DNA of 64,000 nucleotides from Fistulifera solaris (Eukaryota), in contig AP026128.1 in NCBI GenBank assembly GCA_030295235.1, forward strand, positions 310,001-374,000. The letters run 5' to 3'. Shown in pieces: positions 50,537-64,000 of the stretch (its first letter is position 1; the number at the start of each line of letters is the position of its first letter). The notes under the pieces were generated by a model. That model saw nothing but the letters and a program-made list of their open reading frames with translations. It was not told where the DNA came from and searched no databases. A program made the translations under genes and the position numbers.

Positions 50537-50630
50537 TGCTTATAAATAATGGCGTTTGCATTAGTAAAGTGGTTCGTCTATTTGCAGCATTCTACTCTCT
50601 ATCGACAATTCAGGTCGGCTTCGCGTCAAA

Positions 50631-51916
50631 TCACTTGGCACGGCAGCACTGTCGAATGTCATGGATGAAATTAGTGGCCGCCTGCAACCCGATCCGCTTC
50701 GCAATCATCATGGGCACGAACGGTGACCGTATGTGGTTGACGGCAATCAAAAGACAGCGCTTCTCGTCTCCGGGGATTCGCCATATGACATTGATGCCCA
50801 ACAAAATCTCCGATTTCAGTGCGGTCGCCGATCCAAAGGGAGATTCGACCGCGCGCGTGACCAGCTTGTATCCCGCCTCCGTTTCCCGAGCGTGCATTAA
50901 ACTGGTAAATTGCAACGTTTTGCGCATAATGGTCGTTTGGCTCGTCATTACTTTCGTAATTCCTCCAAAAGGACCATCCGAATTCAAAGATTCCTGTAGA
51001 ATGAGCTCATCGGTCCGGCCCAAACTGAGTTTATTGTATTCATGGACGCGATTGGAATCCACCAACAGTTGCATCAAATCTTTCGCCGACGCGGGAACAA
51101 TCCCTGCGACTCGAACGGCTGGTATTTCACTCCCGTAACCACCTCCACCCAAAGTGGTCGACCAAACGAAGATACGATCATCTTCGGGTGATCCAGCGGC
51201 CGGAAAATTCTTCCATGCGCCGTTCGCATCTTCCTGCGGCGGTGTCCATGTACATTGATCCCAGCCCGCAGGATGTTGTTCGATCCATTTTGCGGTACTC
51301 GAGTCGGGCGTCCACTGGGCGGAAGACCCCGACCATTGCTTCGCCGATTGCACCAACGCTTCGACCGCAAAGGGCGCAATCGGCGCGTGACATCCGTCTC
51401 CATTGTCGAGTGCAATCCACTGTTCGCGCGGATCGTGGGAGACTCCCGGTGGCGGATCGGAAGCGGGATGATGGAAATTTGGAAACGAAGTTGTTTCTTG
51501 TTCGTCACATGTCTCGGAGGACGAGGCCATGCTGGGGACAACGCTTCCTTCGATGTGGAGATCGGAGACTCGTAAAAAGGAAGAAGAGCTGCGAATGAAT
51601 TTCGGGGGCTTCGCTGACGCGCTACCATTTGTATCAGGCAGAGATAGGTTCTCTAGAGCTTTCGCTACTAGATCCGTCTCCTCTTTGCCGAATGTCGTTG
51701 CGTCGGACTCGGAGGGTTGGACGAAGAGAAGCTCTCCACGGCTTCACAATCGAACGTCATACCTCCCGATCCTAGCGACATACTAACGGATGCTCTAATT
51801 GTCTTCGTCTCTGGTAGTCCCTTCTTCTTGGATGCAAACAATTTCATGGACTTCATTCCGTTCGTTCTCAATACACCAGTAAAACAATGACCTCCATCGT
51901 CCATCGTCGTCTCCAT
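50631..51916 (-). CDS. START/Bet v1-like lipid-binding domain protein (N-terminal part frameshifted)
   Basis: LLVDSNRVHEYNKLSLGRTD, LQFTSLMHAR, LVTRAV, SEILLGINV and C-terminal helix AATNFIHDIR; an upstream ATG (METTMDDGG) at 51916 is plausible. Confidence 0.7.
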
Positions 51917-52418
51917 GATGTTATTCACGCACATCAGAAACGAAAACGTTCGCACTGTAGGTTCATAAAGTAGGAACGACGAAGGAAGCTGGAAAACGGA
52001 AACGCGGACAAACAAGTTTTGCTCATAGAAGAAGCGTTTCTCGAACTTTCTGTTGTATCCGGGAGTCTGTGTTATATTGTAGATTACTTTTTTCTGATAC
52101 CGGACAGACACATGGTGTTCCTCACTGTGTAGACCTACAGTGAAGTGTCTTTGTGATAAGACACACATGAAATGAGACATGTGACAAGTGACATGTGACC
52201 CGTGACCGATGCAGTACTGCATCTTAACGTGACTGGAACACGCTGGAACGAAGGTGTGCGCAAGGTGTGCGGGGCGGAGCCGGAAAGAGAAAAAAGGCGG
52301 GGCGTTTTTGTTGTCGCTCATTTGCTTTATCAAGAGAGTCTTTTCATGTAAACCCGGTAAAGGAGTTGCATTCGAGTAGCAATTAATTTAAAAAAATACG
52401 GCTGCACTAACGACACAA

Positions 52419-55400
52419 ATGGAGACGCCGGAAGAAATTGTCATGGACGAGGATCAGTTGAAGGCGTATCATGAAGCCAGCGCTATCCTGCAAACAACGA
52501 CTGGCTTTTTGGCTCCACTCTTCTCGGTAGTACCCGTTCAGGAAGGAATTCCCTCGGAAGAGGCACCGAGATCTCCAAATGCACGACGGAGAAGTCCCTT
52601 TCGTCTCGAGAGCAATAATAGTCCGGCACGCCCTTCGTGGTTCAACGATATGGGAAATTTGACACGAAATCAGCCTTTACAAGATGCTTTGAAGCAACTG
52701 GAGGGACTCGAAAAAGAAGAAGCCTGTTTAGTCGAACGGTCCGATTTGAGTCGCAAGCTCACGCAGGTCCTCACAGACGAATTGTATCCCGATACGGCCG
52801 CAGCGTTGCGGCGCCTGACCGTCTTGGGCGAAGCGGTACCGCGACGGGTCTGTCAGCACCCTTTTCGGAAGAATGATATTGTATGGGTCTGTCGCACGTG
52901 TCAAGCGGACGAAACTTGTGTCCTCTGTCATTCTTGCTTCTCTCAGTCGGACCACACGGGTCACGATGTCAATTTCTATCACGCGCAAGCCGGAGGATGT
53001 TGCGATTGCGGAGATCCGGATGGTAAGTCGCCTATCGCAGATAAAGTTTCGAGTCAACAGAAAGCGCAATGACTCACTCTTTTTTTAGCCTGGGATCCTG
53101 CTGGCTTTTGTCCGTTCCATGGTCCCAACGCCGCGTGTTCTTCATCGGATCCCGGAGCACTCCCGCCCTCGTTGGTCAATCGAGTGCGCGGAGTAATACC
53201 GGCGGTGGTCGATTGGCTCGTTGGTACCATTGCCGAGAACGCTGAGAAAGCCTATGCGCGTGTCAACTACTCGGGAATGCCCGTTGACACGGATATGGAA
53301 ATTATGGATGATCATATGGTAATTTCGCCGAGATCGCACATCTTTTCTCCCACGGCCGCATCGACAAATCGATCGCAGAGAGATGAGTTGTCGTTATCGG
53401 CGAACAATGAAGTGGCTCATTCCATAGGGCATTTGGGTTTTACGGGCCGTGGATTGTTTCTTGTACTACATGCGGATGACATACATGTCAAATCACAGGT
53501 TGTCGAAGCGTTACGTCATTTTTGGGGCACGAATATGTTTATCTCCGATATGGTTCTCAATCGAATGGTTGATGCGCTGAAACAATATGGTCAGCTGGTC
53601 ATTTGGGGGACGTCCGATATTTGCGCGGAGTTGACTTCCGCTCAAGCGCACCTTTGGATGGACGGTGACAAGGTGGCGTGTACGAGAGTGGGCGAAATCA
53701 TGCTGGAGCGGGCCCATCGGCTCCTGCGACACGGCATGTTTTGCAGTATAGTGTCGTACGATGAATTGTTGCTAGAACAGCAAGCGGTAGGAATCTTACA
53801 GTGGCTCTCCATTGTCGCTCGAAGCTGTGACCCGCTTTGTCTGGAAGTCGCGGAATGCATTCTGCCAAACCGACATTTAGTGCCTTTGCTTCGGTCCGAT
53901 TTCAAAATGAGTTCCCGCGTGACGAAGGCCTGGTATGCTTTGCTGCTTACATTATTAGCTGTCCCTACGTTTAAATCCCATCTTGCGGCAGCGTACTGCG
54001 ACACGTATGCTGATGTCACCTCAAAGTATGCGCGCGGGATGGGCGTTTTGGAACGTAGCGGGTACACCCTCTCCGTTCAATTCCTCAACCGTGTTACCTA
54101 TGTCATTGACTTAGTTCAAAGTCGGGATCTTCTAGGAAAACTCGGCGAGTCGCTTTTGGAGACGATGAAAGTCGCGACAAAATCGCAACACTACAACGGT
54201 CGACTGGATCCGAACCATTTTGTCCTTGCCCACCGCCGCTACTCGCCATGCGTTTCGGATTTAAAGTGTGTACTTAATGTTGCCGGTATGCCCCGCGTTG
54301 CTTGTTGCGCTAGAACCACTTTTCTCAAGGACTGGGTTGCGACTCTCGCCATCGCCCAGTTCATGGATCCCCAAACTTGGAGAAACTGGAACCAAGGCCA
54401 TGTAGAAGATGAATCCAGAGGCTGGGTTGGAGCATTCAACGCAAGTATATCCTTAGGGAGTTTGTTTGAACGCTTGCTAGGGTGGCAGGATGACGATGAA
54501 TCCCCTATCAAAGATTCTAATTCACCGCTATCGAGGGACTTGATGACTTTCGTCGATTTGACATTCTATATCGTCGTGAAAGGTATAGGACCGTGGCAAC
54601 TTAAAGAAGCAGAAACGTATCAAGCTACTACGCTGTCGTCGTCGATTCCACCACACAAGCGGTGTTCTCGCAGCCTCCCCTTTTCGACGGTTGCTGCGAA
54701 GAGAGGAACACCCTCGCTATGCGTCAATTACCTGTGTCCCAAATGACACCATTTAGTTTCCATCTGCCACTACATCGCTTTGCGGCGAGTGCAATGCGAG
54801 AGTTGTGTCTTCGAAAAGATGACTCCAATTTCGGCATGGACAATCTCATGCAACGCCTTCGCGCAGAGGTGCAAGATGATACAACTGATAATCTCTTTTT
54901 GGGATTAATGGAGTTTCCGTTGCTTGTCCTTTCCAGAGTTGCCCAAATTAGATCGGATTTATGGAGGAGGAACGGTCCAAATTTGACTGATCAAGTACTT
55001 AACTACCAAGAGCCTCCATTTTGTCGGAATATGAGAGACAATGATCTTTTATTGGTCCAGTTTGCTGTTCTCGGTCGAAATCGATGCCTTAGTCGATTGA
55101 ATACACGAGAGAACTCAGAAGTGGGGATGGCGTTCTTGACGAACTTGCTGCTCCACCGACTGGGTATCTTTGATTTTGTAGGCTTTTTCATGGCCCCCAA
55201 ACAGTGATGCAGAAATGTATAAACAAGAAGCAGAGTCTGGCCTGTATCCTGGGGAAGAAGCTGTACCAGACGCATTTTCGAAGGATACACCACTTCCGTG
55301 GACGTATAGCCCCGCTAGAGACACTTCATCTCGGATGAAACTTCTTGAAGAATATCTTCATTTTATGATCGTCTTTGTTTCCGAGTTGCCCCCAGTGGTG

Positions 55401-58400
55401 CCCAACAGCAAGGCTGAACAAACAGAACAGGCGAAGCACAGGCTTTTCAGAGAAGTTATTCATAGGTTAGCTTCTGGTCCGAAAACCCATAGTGAGTTGT
55501 CGGAGGTGCACCACGTACTTTCGCACTGGGACAACGTGCTGTTGAGCGAAGAGGGAAAGTTAGTGAATCCTGATGACGCCACGGGGGCTGCTCTCGGGGC
55601 TGTATTGAGCGACGTAGCTGATCGGAGGGTGAGCCGGGGAGGGAAACCGGAACCAGATAAGTGGGAGCTTAAGAAGACTGCTTGGGCTGCTTATGATCCA
55701 GCCTTCTTTCACATAAGTACTAGGCATCACCAAGTTGCTGCAGAAAGTAGGCCAAAACCAAATCTTGACCCGTCTCGTCAGTACAAATGGGAAGGTACAC
55801 CTTTTGCCCCGATGCCTGCTAATGCCCACCAGTGCTTTACTCGACTTCGAAGAGATGCAACTGCGGATGCGTGCGTTTTAGCATTGGCCTATAAGGTTTT
55901 GCATCTTCATTTCCGGAGTGACTCTGGGAAAGAACTTTCATGTCTCAGGGGCAGGGAGATGTACGAGGATAAGGAAATGAGTGAAACAGCTGTAGCTCGT
56001 GTGGTGCATCTGCTGACCTTGGCTGCGTATGCTTGGGATGGAGCTGACAGCTCAAACGAAAAATGGAGAGAAGACGGAGGGGGTCCGCTGGCAGCATTTT
56101 CTTCCATTGGCAAGGAGAAAATGCACCGACTGTCACTGACTGGATAAACCATTTTCTCCTAGAGGATCCTAGTGTACTATTGGATTGTGAGTGGTACAAA
56201 GGCGAAGAAAGCGCATTTGTGCTATTGCAAAAACTCGCTAAAAGTGGAGGTGAAAATGGTTCATTTATCGCTCAAGATGCATCGCTGAGATCCGGCGCGG
56301 CGTGGATATGTTCGTTTGCTTCGAGACGGTCGGAGAGAGCCGCTTCCAATTTTCTTGGTAAAAGTTCAAATAATGGGATGATTGGTAAAAGGAAAACGCA
56401 GCATTGGATATGGAGACGAGAAAGAGATTAGCAAAGGAGAAAGCGCTTGCCAGAATGAACGCACAGGCAGCCAAGTTCGCTTCTATGATGGATGTCAAGC
56501 TGGGCGATAACGAAGAAAGCTCAGATCAATCCATGGGTGTTGAGAACAATCCATCCGCTCCTAGCCCGATGACTCCCAATAGACCCATACGAGCAGGAAG
56601 TTTTGGCTCTTCTCTCAGTTCTGCGTCTAGTATGAGTTTGACGTTAGGGGACAGTGATGGTCCCAATGTACCAAATTTTGTCTCCCTTGCATCTGATGTG
56701 CGAAATATTGAATTGGCAACAATTCCTCAGCGTTTGCTTCAGTGTCGACCGCGCTGCATTATTTGTAATGACGAAGAGCATGTTGAACCCAGACAGTTCG
56801 AGCGAGTCAATCTTGATGAAAATGACGACGGAGAGAGCCAACGGAAGAAGAGTCGCCGACGTGGTGATAACGCTTTGGGTTTTGTTGGATACGCACAGGC
56901 AAGTACCGTGTTGAAAGGTGGAGGAGGCCCCCCTCCAGGGCTAGACTTAGCAGAGTCTGCTGTCCGCGGGTTTGTTGGAACGCACGTTGCTTTATGTGGC
57001 CATGCAGTTCATTTTGAGTGTTGCGAATCGTACCTTGCAACAGTGTCGCACAGAGAAGATCGAGCGATTGGAAAGCGGGATGAATTCCGTTGTCCACTTT
57101 GTCAGCGCCTGAGTAATTGTTTGGTTCCATTCATAGATGTTGGGGTAGATTGGATCGAATCCCCAACGATTGACTCGTCGGTAGGCGAGCCCAATCATTT
57201 GCAATCACCTATGATCGACAACTGTTCTCAGGATTCCATGGTGATTGATAGTACTTCCCAGCCAGGAGTATCGCGTCGCACATGTCTGAATGATTTCTTG
57301 GAGTGCACCAACTGGTGGGTGTCGAAGCATAATGCGCACTATGGATGGGATGGACATAGCGCGTTTGTCGATAGATTGGCTCTCTTTCCGTCAATGTCCG
57401 ATCATGCTGAAAACCTTTCCAAGAAACCAGCACGAAAGCTCAGGTCACTCAAAAGAAAGATCTTTACGCCGCCTGGAATGCAATGATGAGAACCCCAAGA
57501 TACGTCAAACGAAGACTGCGCCCTCGATCGACAGCGTCGCGAAACGAAGAGAATTCAAGCATGCATAGTGCAGATATCGCGATTGGTGAGGAATCGTCAG
57601 GAGAAACAGTAGTTTTTCGGCGATTTCTAGATCAGATCACTGATATCGGCTACAAAGCGGATAGTAGACGTTTGGGGGATGAACAGTTTCATAGCTTCTT
57701 TGGAGAATTTCGACATTTTGTCGCTGAAAAGCATGCATACAATACGTTGCGGAATGCTGGGACCAGCAGAGAAACAAGAGACGTAAGTTGTTTCCAGTTG
57801 TCAGCTTGCTTGTTCCTGATTTTTTCGTCTAATCTTGGCTCCAAAAGTGGCCATCCTGCATGTTCGAGGAACCTCTATCAGACCAAAAACGGCAGGAAAT
57901 GTCCAGAGAAAAGCTTCTGGCGAAACTTTTTATGACAATTCAGTCGTTTGCGTATAGTGCCTGTTGCGAGATGCATGATGCGAAGCGGGCTTACCAACGA
58001 AGCCAGTCTGTCGGTGAATTGAGACAGAACGTGGGCATTGAATCGATTTTCGCCCGATATGGAATCAGCCGAATCGACTGCGCAGGAAGTTTAGTCCTGC
58101 TTCCTCTTCCATCAGCCGTCAAGGACTCCGGGGAGCAGCCCTTCGAAGGTCGCTTAGGAAAACTCAGATACTTAGCATTGGCGATTATGAGTGCTGCAGG
58201 TGCGGTATCAGCCGATCTGATTCAATTGTCTTTGGGGTTCCCTACAGATTCTGCATTTGAAGCTGTTTGCCAAAAAGGCCTACCGATGAGAGCCCCGATT
58301 GTGTACCCTGTTTTACTCGGTCATGTCATGACGCACGTAGTCGCAGCCATGTTTGCCACATGTGGAAGAGCACGAGCTCTCGGTGACTCCATCGAGACAT

Positions 58401-59770
58401 GGCAAATTCCTGTGCAAGGAGAAAGTATTGGTTTGTCGTCGTCACTACCACATAGTGACACAAAGCGTATCGACACGGTAGTTGACGACTGTGAAAACTT
58501 CATCAAGCTAGGCATGCTTGCGCGCGTACAACAATTTTTGTTCGGTAAATTCGAGTTTCCGGTCCGTGGAGCCCGTAACACCGAGTCGTTCCTAGAAGCC
58601 CTCAGCTCTTCGTTTAATGCGCTAGTTAATGAAACACCTGATCTCGAGAGAGAATGGATGAAGCTGTGTGTAGGTATACTACAGATATCTTTAAAAGATA
58701 CCACAGCGCGTTCGTCTGGGGGAGTAGCTGCATTGCCAACACCTCAACATTTGAAGAACGCTTGCCATTGTGCCTGCGAAGTCGCTTGCCCTTTGTTGCT
58801 GAGCTCTGTACGATTCTTCAACTTATCGTTCCTGGCATATCCGTGAAATACAATGGACATGGAACGGTAGATGGTATTGAGAGTGAGGCGACCCCATTCA
58901 GTATGATGGATGAATTACGAAACCGAATGGGTTTTGAGCGGATGAGCGAAATGATTGAAGGAAAACTGGTGCAACAAATTATAGAGTTTTGGTACGAGTC
59001 TGCGAATGACTTCGCGCTCGAGGCGATTAAAGTAGATGGTACTGTGACTCCGGAACTCGCTGCTTACTTGCGTAAAACGCAAGGCTTTCGCCATCTCGAC
59101 TGGCCCTCGGTTTGCTCTCTTGAATCTTTCGAAAGTGGGAAAGCAGTTTCCTCAACGAAAGGATTGGAAAGTGTGGAATCATCCAATGGGCAGCCACAGT
59201 TTACTCTGCCTTCGGAATCTGAAGAATTGTTAGCCCGGTTGCATAGACCTGTGTATGATCCGAGTCGAGAGTCTGGACCAGTCCTAGTAACATTTAGCTC
59301 GAAAAGAGTGTTCCCCTCCTCGGTGGAGTCAGCATGGACGCTAGCAAAGCATCCAAATCACCCAGAGTAGTAGCGCTACCGACCTCATACACCGATTTAT
59401 ATGCCGAGCTGGGATCGATCATGCCAGATTGCGAGCAAACTGCGGTGTGCCTAATTTGTGGATTAACCCTAAACGCCAGCGGAAAGGGTGAATGTACGCG
59501 CCATTCGTATCACTGCGGCGCCGGCGCCGGTATGTTCTTTTGTTACAGGAATGCACTGGACTGATTATGCACAAGTCTAAGGCAGCATACATCCATAGTC
59601 CCTACGTGGACAGCCATGGTGAAACGCCTCAGTACCGTGGACGTCCGCTCAACCTCGACTTAGATCGGTACAATCACCTGGGTGAGATTTGGTTTGGTCA
59701 TGGTGTCCGGCAACAAGTTGTCGCGGAGCGAGGAAGTTCCCGACAGGTCATCCTTCCCGATTTTTATTAG
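52419..59770 (+). CDS. UBR-box N-recognin E3 ubiquitin ligase (UBR1/PRT6-like), introns and several frameshifts
   Basis: UBR box VCQHPF...CRTCQADETCVLCHSCF...HTGH...GGCCDCGD; ClpS-like LVLHADDIH; IHRLASGPKTHSEL; split RING CIIC...CGHAVHFEC...CPLCQRLSN; C-terminal CLICG...HSYHCGAG...SPYVDSHGE...RGRPLNL. Introns 53023-53088 and 57783-57847. Confidence 0.93.
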
Positions 59771-61003
59771 CTTCTTTCGACATTTTATCATAAACAAGGA
59801 AATAACAATCATTTCATTTTTATAAGGTACTAGGAATCTTGTGAATACCAGGTTCCAGGTACAAAAACATTCTTCAGCAAAGCAGACCCAGACTAATTCC
59901 CTATGACAGCTACGTGAAACCTACATAGGCATTAAAAGCATTCCATCTAAGATATCTTTAGGTTGAAGTTTATTTGATAACAATTATCGTTATTTGGCAA
60001 GAAGGGTCTTTGTAAACGAAAGTGACGGAGAAATGAGGACAAGGCTGATTTTTTATTTTTTATAAATAAATAAAGCATCGATGGAGGACAAAGCACAACC
60101 TCCGGGTACCCCCTCTGTCGATAATTTTCCTTACGAGAGCTACGTGGAATCTACGTAGGCATTCTAATCATTGCATCTCTCATTTTATTTTACGTTTTGA
60201 AATCAATCGGATGTCGACTCTAGTTAACGGGTACGAAATGTCTATGTCGACAACAAGAGTGATGACGACAATGATGCAAAGCAGACAGCAGACCCACCAT
60301 TTACTCAAGGCCGACCCACAAATAATATTAATAGATCGGTGAGGCCGAGCTTACACATTATCCGAATACCGCATGAAGTACCAGTATAGAGTAAAGAGAA
60401 GATTACTTTTTCCCCGACGACTCGCGATTCAGTCCCGGAACTTGTCATCTCGCACTTTACCCGTTATTATTATTTACCAGAGCATGGCTGCTGCTCAATG
60501 ATGTCGTTGGAGGTTGATGGCTGGTACAAGTAGCTGCCTTTCATCAATCAAATCATCAACTGAACCAACAAACAACAACAACATCATTCACATCTCAAGT
60601 TACAAAGTCTCCGCCTCATCGGGTGTCATACGTCAGCCACAAGATCGATCGCACGTCGATCGTCGTGAGTGCATCAATTTGCTCGGCGTTCCCCTTTACA
60701 AATTCAGAAAAACAAGGAAAACGAAGTTTACATAAAAAGTCGCTTTTCTCAACAACCAACGAGATAACCTTTCCAAAAATCGAGTTCGGCTGCTTTATTT
60801 GCCCGAGTAATAGTGAAAACGGCGCGATAAGAAGTGGCGGCAAGTACCAGGTCTCATTTTTCTATCCTACGACGAGAAAGAGAATATTCAAAACATGCAA
60901 GTCACTATTATTCTTTACTTCTGTTTTCAATGGGAAAACTTGACTCTCTTTTGCTCAACAAACTGATATCAAAACGAACGAACTCTTCGCGCTCTCTCCG
61001 GAA

Positions 61004-64000
61004 TTAATACGCAACATTGGCTCGAGCGCGCGCGGCCAAGACTTCGAACTGGGCTCGGCCGGTATTCATGCACAATTCATGGAAAATCGAATCGGTCTTT
61101 TCCAACAAGTTGTGCGGCGTATCAAACTCGGCCACCACACCGGCATTCATCACCAAGATACGGTCGGAATCGATGATGGTATCCAAACGGTGCGCAATGG
61201 TGAAAATGGTGCGGTGCGAAAAGTGCTGCTGCAAGACCTGCTGCACGGCCGCGTTCGTATCGGAATCGAGGGCGGCTGTCGCTTCATCCAACAACAATAC
61301 ACGAGAAGGGTTCAACATGGCACGCGTCAAGCAGATCAACTGCTGAGTACCGAGCGAAAAGTTGGAGCCCATCATTTCGACACGAGCATTCAAACCGTCC
61401 TTGTTCGCGCGGACGACGGGGCCCAACAAGCACTTGCCCAACACATCCCAGAGGGCTTCGTCGGTGTGCTGGTTGAAAGGGTCCAAGTTGTAACGTAGTG
61501 TACCAGAGAACATGACGGGTTCTTGGGGAATGATCGCCATGCTGCTGCGGAGCTTGTGCAAGTTGACCATAGAGCAATCGACGTTGTCGACGCGGATGCG
61601 ACCTTCGGAGATCTCGGCCAAGCGATACAAAGCAACAATCAACGAACTCTTGCCGGCACCTGTACGTCCGACGACACCTATCTTTTCACCTTCCTTGATG
61701 GTAAAGTTGATGCCCTTGAGCGTCGGAGGCTGACCGGGCAAGTAGGGCATCACCACACCTTCGAAGCAGATCTCTCCCTTGGATGGCCAGTTGGCCGGGG
61801 GCTGAACTTCGCGTTCGGGTTCTTGTTCGGCTTCCAAGTTGCAGATCTCACGGGCCATGTTCACGGACTTCATGTTATCGTGGAAGTCACCCATCAATCG
61901 AGACATGATACTGAAGAAGAGGAGAATCTGGAACGAGTTACTGACAATCAAACCGGCAATGGGAGCGTCCATCGAGGTATCAATGACGGCCAAAAGGCAG
62001 CAACCCAACACCAACAAAGCACCGATCAAGTCAACACGGAAGGCCAACCACAAGGACAAGTTGGCAATGGAAAAGGTGGTGACGGCCGACTTAGCTTGCA
62101 ATCCAACGTTCTCGTTCACGAAGCGTTCTTCCATGCGGAAGGCACGTACCACAGCCAATCCGCTCAAAGTCTCGGCGGTATGAGCGACGACGTGACTGCC
62201 CGACTCTTCCGCGGCGCGCATGAGGGGCACGGAGGCTTGAATGTAGTTGTAGACGGTGTAGATGTATACGACGGCCAAACCACCAACGATGACCAAGAAG
62301 AAGATCAGGTTGTAAGCGACGACACCACAGGCCATGATGAAGATCCAGAACATGATTTGAAACATGAGCACGTTGTCAACCAACTGATCGTCGATGATTT
62401 CGACATCCTTGGAGAAGAAAGCCAACAATTTACCGACGGGTGTGACATGGAAGAAATGCATGGGGGCCTTGAGGGCGGCAGCAAAAGCAGCGTCGTGAAT
62501 GTTCATGGCACCGACTTTACCCGTGCGGAAGTAGAAGAAGGCACGCAAGAAGGACATGCACAAGAAGACAAAAACCAACAAGCCGTAGAGACCAGCATAG
62601 AAAGAATCGGCGGTGCGTTCCGGCTCGTACTTGCGCTTCGTCCAGACCGAAACCCAGTTGTCACTGTACACACGGAAAATTTGGCCGATGACAAAGATCA
62701 TGGTGGCGGTAGTGAACAAGCAGACGCCAATCTTCTGGATGTACCACAAGTAAATGCTTCCTTCTTCGCCATGGTCGTTCACCTTGGTAACCAGCTTCTT
62801 GGTGGAAGGGGTCGGAGTCATTGGAGCATGGGGCTTGAGGGGGACCAATGCGTCGTGCGTCACCTTGACGGAATGATCGGGGTGTTCCAAAATGTCTTGC
62901 GAACCGGTGTGCGGATCCGTGGGCTTGGGGTGCTTGACGGCTTGGGAAGAACCGGGTGCAGTGCTTTCGGCAACTTCATCGCCGCAAAAGTTGGGGAACA
63001 AATGCTTGATGCCCTTGAAGGAGTACTTGGCATTGTAAGCGACCTTGTTCTCTTTCATCACGACCAAGTGATCTGACATGGCGAACAACTCCGTTTGATG
63101 CGTTGCCAAGACGACCGTTCCACCACCAGCAATCATCATGTCCTTGATGCAAAGCTTGAAAATGTGTTGGCACGTGTACATGTCGACGGCTGACAAAGGC
63201 GAGTCCAATACGTAGAGCTTGGCACGACTGTAGGCAGCACGAGCGAGAGCGATACGTTGCTTCTGTCCACCGGAAAGGTTACCTCCGCGTTCTCCGATCC
63301 AAGTCTGGTCGCCAAGGGGCATCATCTTCAAATCCGGTTCCAAGGCGCAGGCAAAGATGACCTTGCGGTAGAAGGCTTCGTCAAAGGGCAAGCCGAACAC
63401 AATGTTATCTCGCACGGTTCCCAAGGCTGTCCAAGGGGTCTGAGGAACGTATGCCTTGGATGACGGAGAAAGACACTGGCCGCTACGGATGGTCATGTCA
63501 CCGAGAATGGCTTTCAACAAGTTCGACTTTCCAGAGGCGACCGGACCAGCAACCATCACGAGAGAGCCTTGCGGAATGGTCATGTTGACATCGTTCAACA
63601 AGATAGTACCGTTCATTCCGTACGACATGCAAGCATTGCGGAAGGTGATGCCTTGGTAATCGTAAGACGCGTCGCTCCTCTTCTCGGCAACACCCAGTTC
63701 GGGCTCGAGCAAAAGGCTTGAATACGCTCCATGCTGGACATGGCGTCGAGCACATCACGGAGACTCTTGGGTAACTTGGAGAAAGGCACACGGAGCGTGT
63801 TAAAGAAAGACATGGCGGTGAAGACGACCACCGACTCGATGTCGCCCATCGCCTCCTTGGTACCGAAGATGACAACACACAACATGGGAGGCAAACTGAA
63901 AATCAATCCGAGGATGGTCGACTTGTAGTTATTGATTCCGTCAGCCAAGCGACTCTCTTGGGCACGAATCTCGTTGAGGTTCTTGAAGAAGGAGGCCTCC
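61004..64000 (-). CDS. ABCC/MRP-type ABC transporter, 5' part outside the window
   Basis: NBD1 GPVASGKS/LSGGQKQR, TMD2 FFHVTPVGK, NBD2 GRTGAGKSS/FSLGTQQ/LDEATAALD/IAHRL; 1-bp T deletion near 63712 links ORF 63613..63948. Confidence 0.95.

Noticed and set aside
52170..52210. GTGAC/CATGTGAC short repeats in the START/UBR divergent promoter
   Set aside because: Too short and low-complexity to support a regulatory call.
55195..55215. In-frame TGA in UBR as selenocysteine or readthrough
   Set aside because: The downstream coding sequence is in another frame, and an indel in the C/A run explains it; no SECIS was recognised.
52419..59770. Pseudogene or programmed-frameshift interpretation of UBR and other split genes
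   Set aside because: Motifs are intact, there is no accumulation of nonsense codons, and the breaks cluster at homopolymers throughout the window.
60390..60410. U6 snRNA-like AGAGAAGATTA
   Set aside because: Only a short match; it lacks the ACAGAG box and flanking U6 sequence.
61523..63076. 517-aa plus-strand ORF
   Set aside because: Antisense shadow of the codon-biased ABCC gene; no recognisable motifs.

Overview
Gene-dense eukaryotic nuclear DNA, most consistent with a diatom (inference). The evidence is short GT-AG introns of about 60-110 nt, bipartite signal+'AF' plastid presequences and diatom-type hypothetical families. About 28 protein-coding genes are supported: nucleoside hydrolase, TPX2-like protein, GCNA/SprT protein, two tandem claudin-like paralogs, two aldo/keto reductases with signal peptides, a secreted protein resembling coral SAARP/CARP4 skeletal proteins, a transglutaminase-like protein, a Use1-like SNARE fused to ankyrin repeats, exocyst Sec5, CbbY-like HAD phosphatase, a myosin-IQ-ankyrin-pseudokinase, ABCG and ABCC transporters, CIA30-domain protein, SDR, acetyl-CoA synthetase, MBL-fold hydrolase, alpha/beta hydrolase, START protein and a UBR-box E3 ligase. 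Many genes are split by 1-bp indels, mostly in homopolymers, which look like assembly errors rather than pseudogenes. Intergenic features include a 34-bp palindrome-containing tandem array beside a perfect 19-bp inverted repeat, and a ~230-bp tandem repeat. No rRNA, tRNA, CRISPR array or autonomous transposon was recognised. All family calls come from motif recognition by eye, not database searches.
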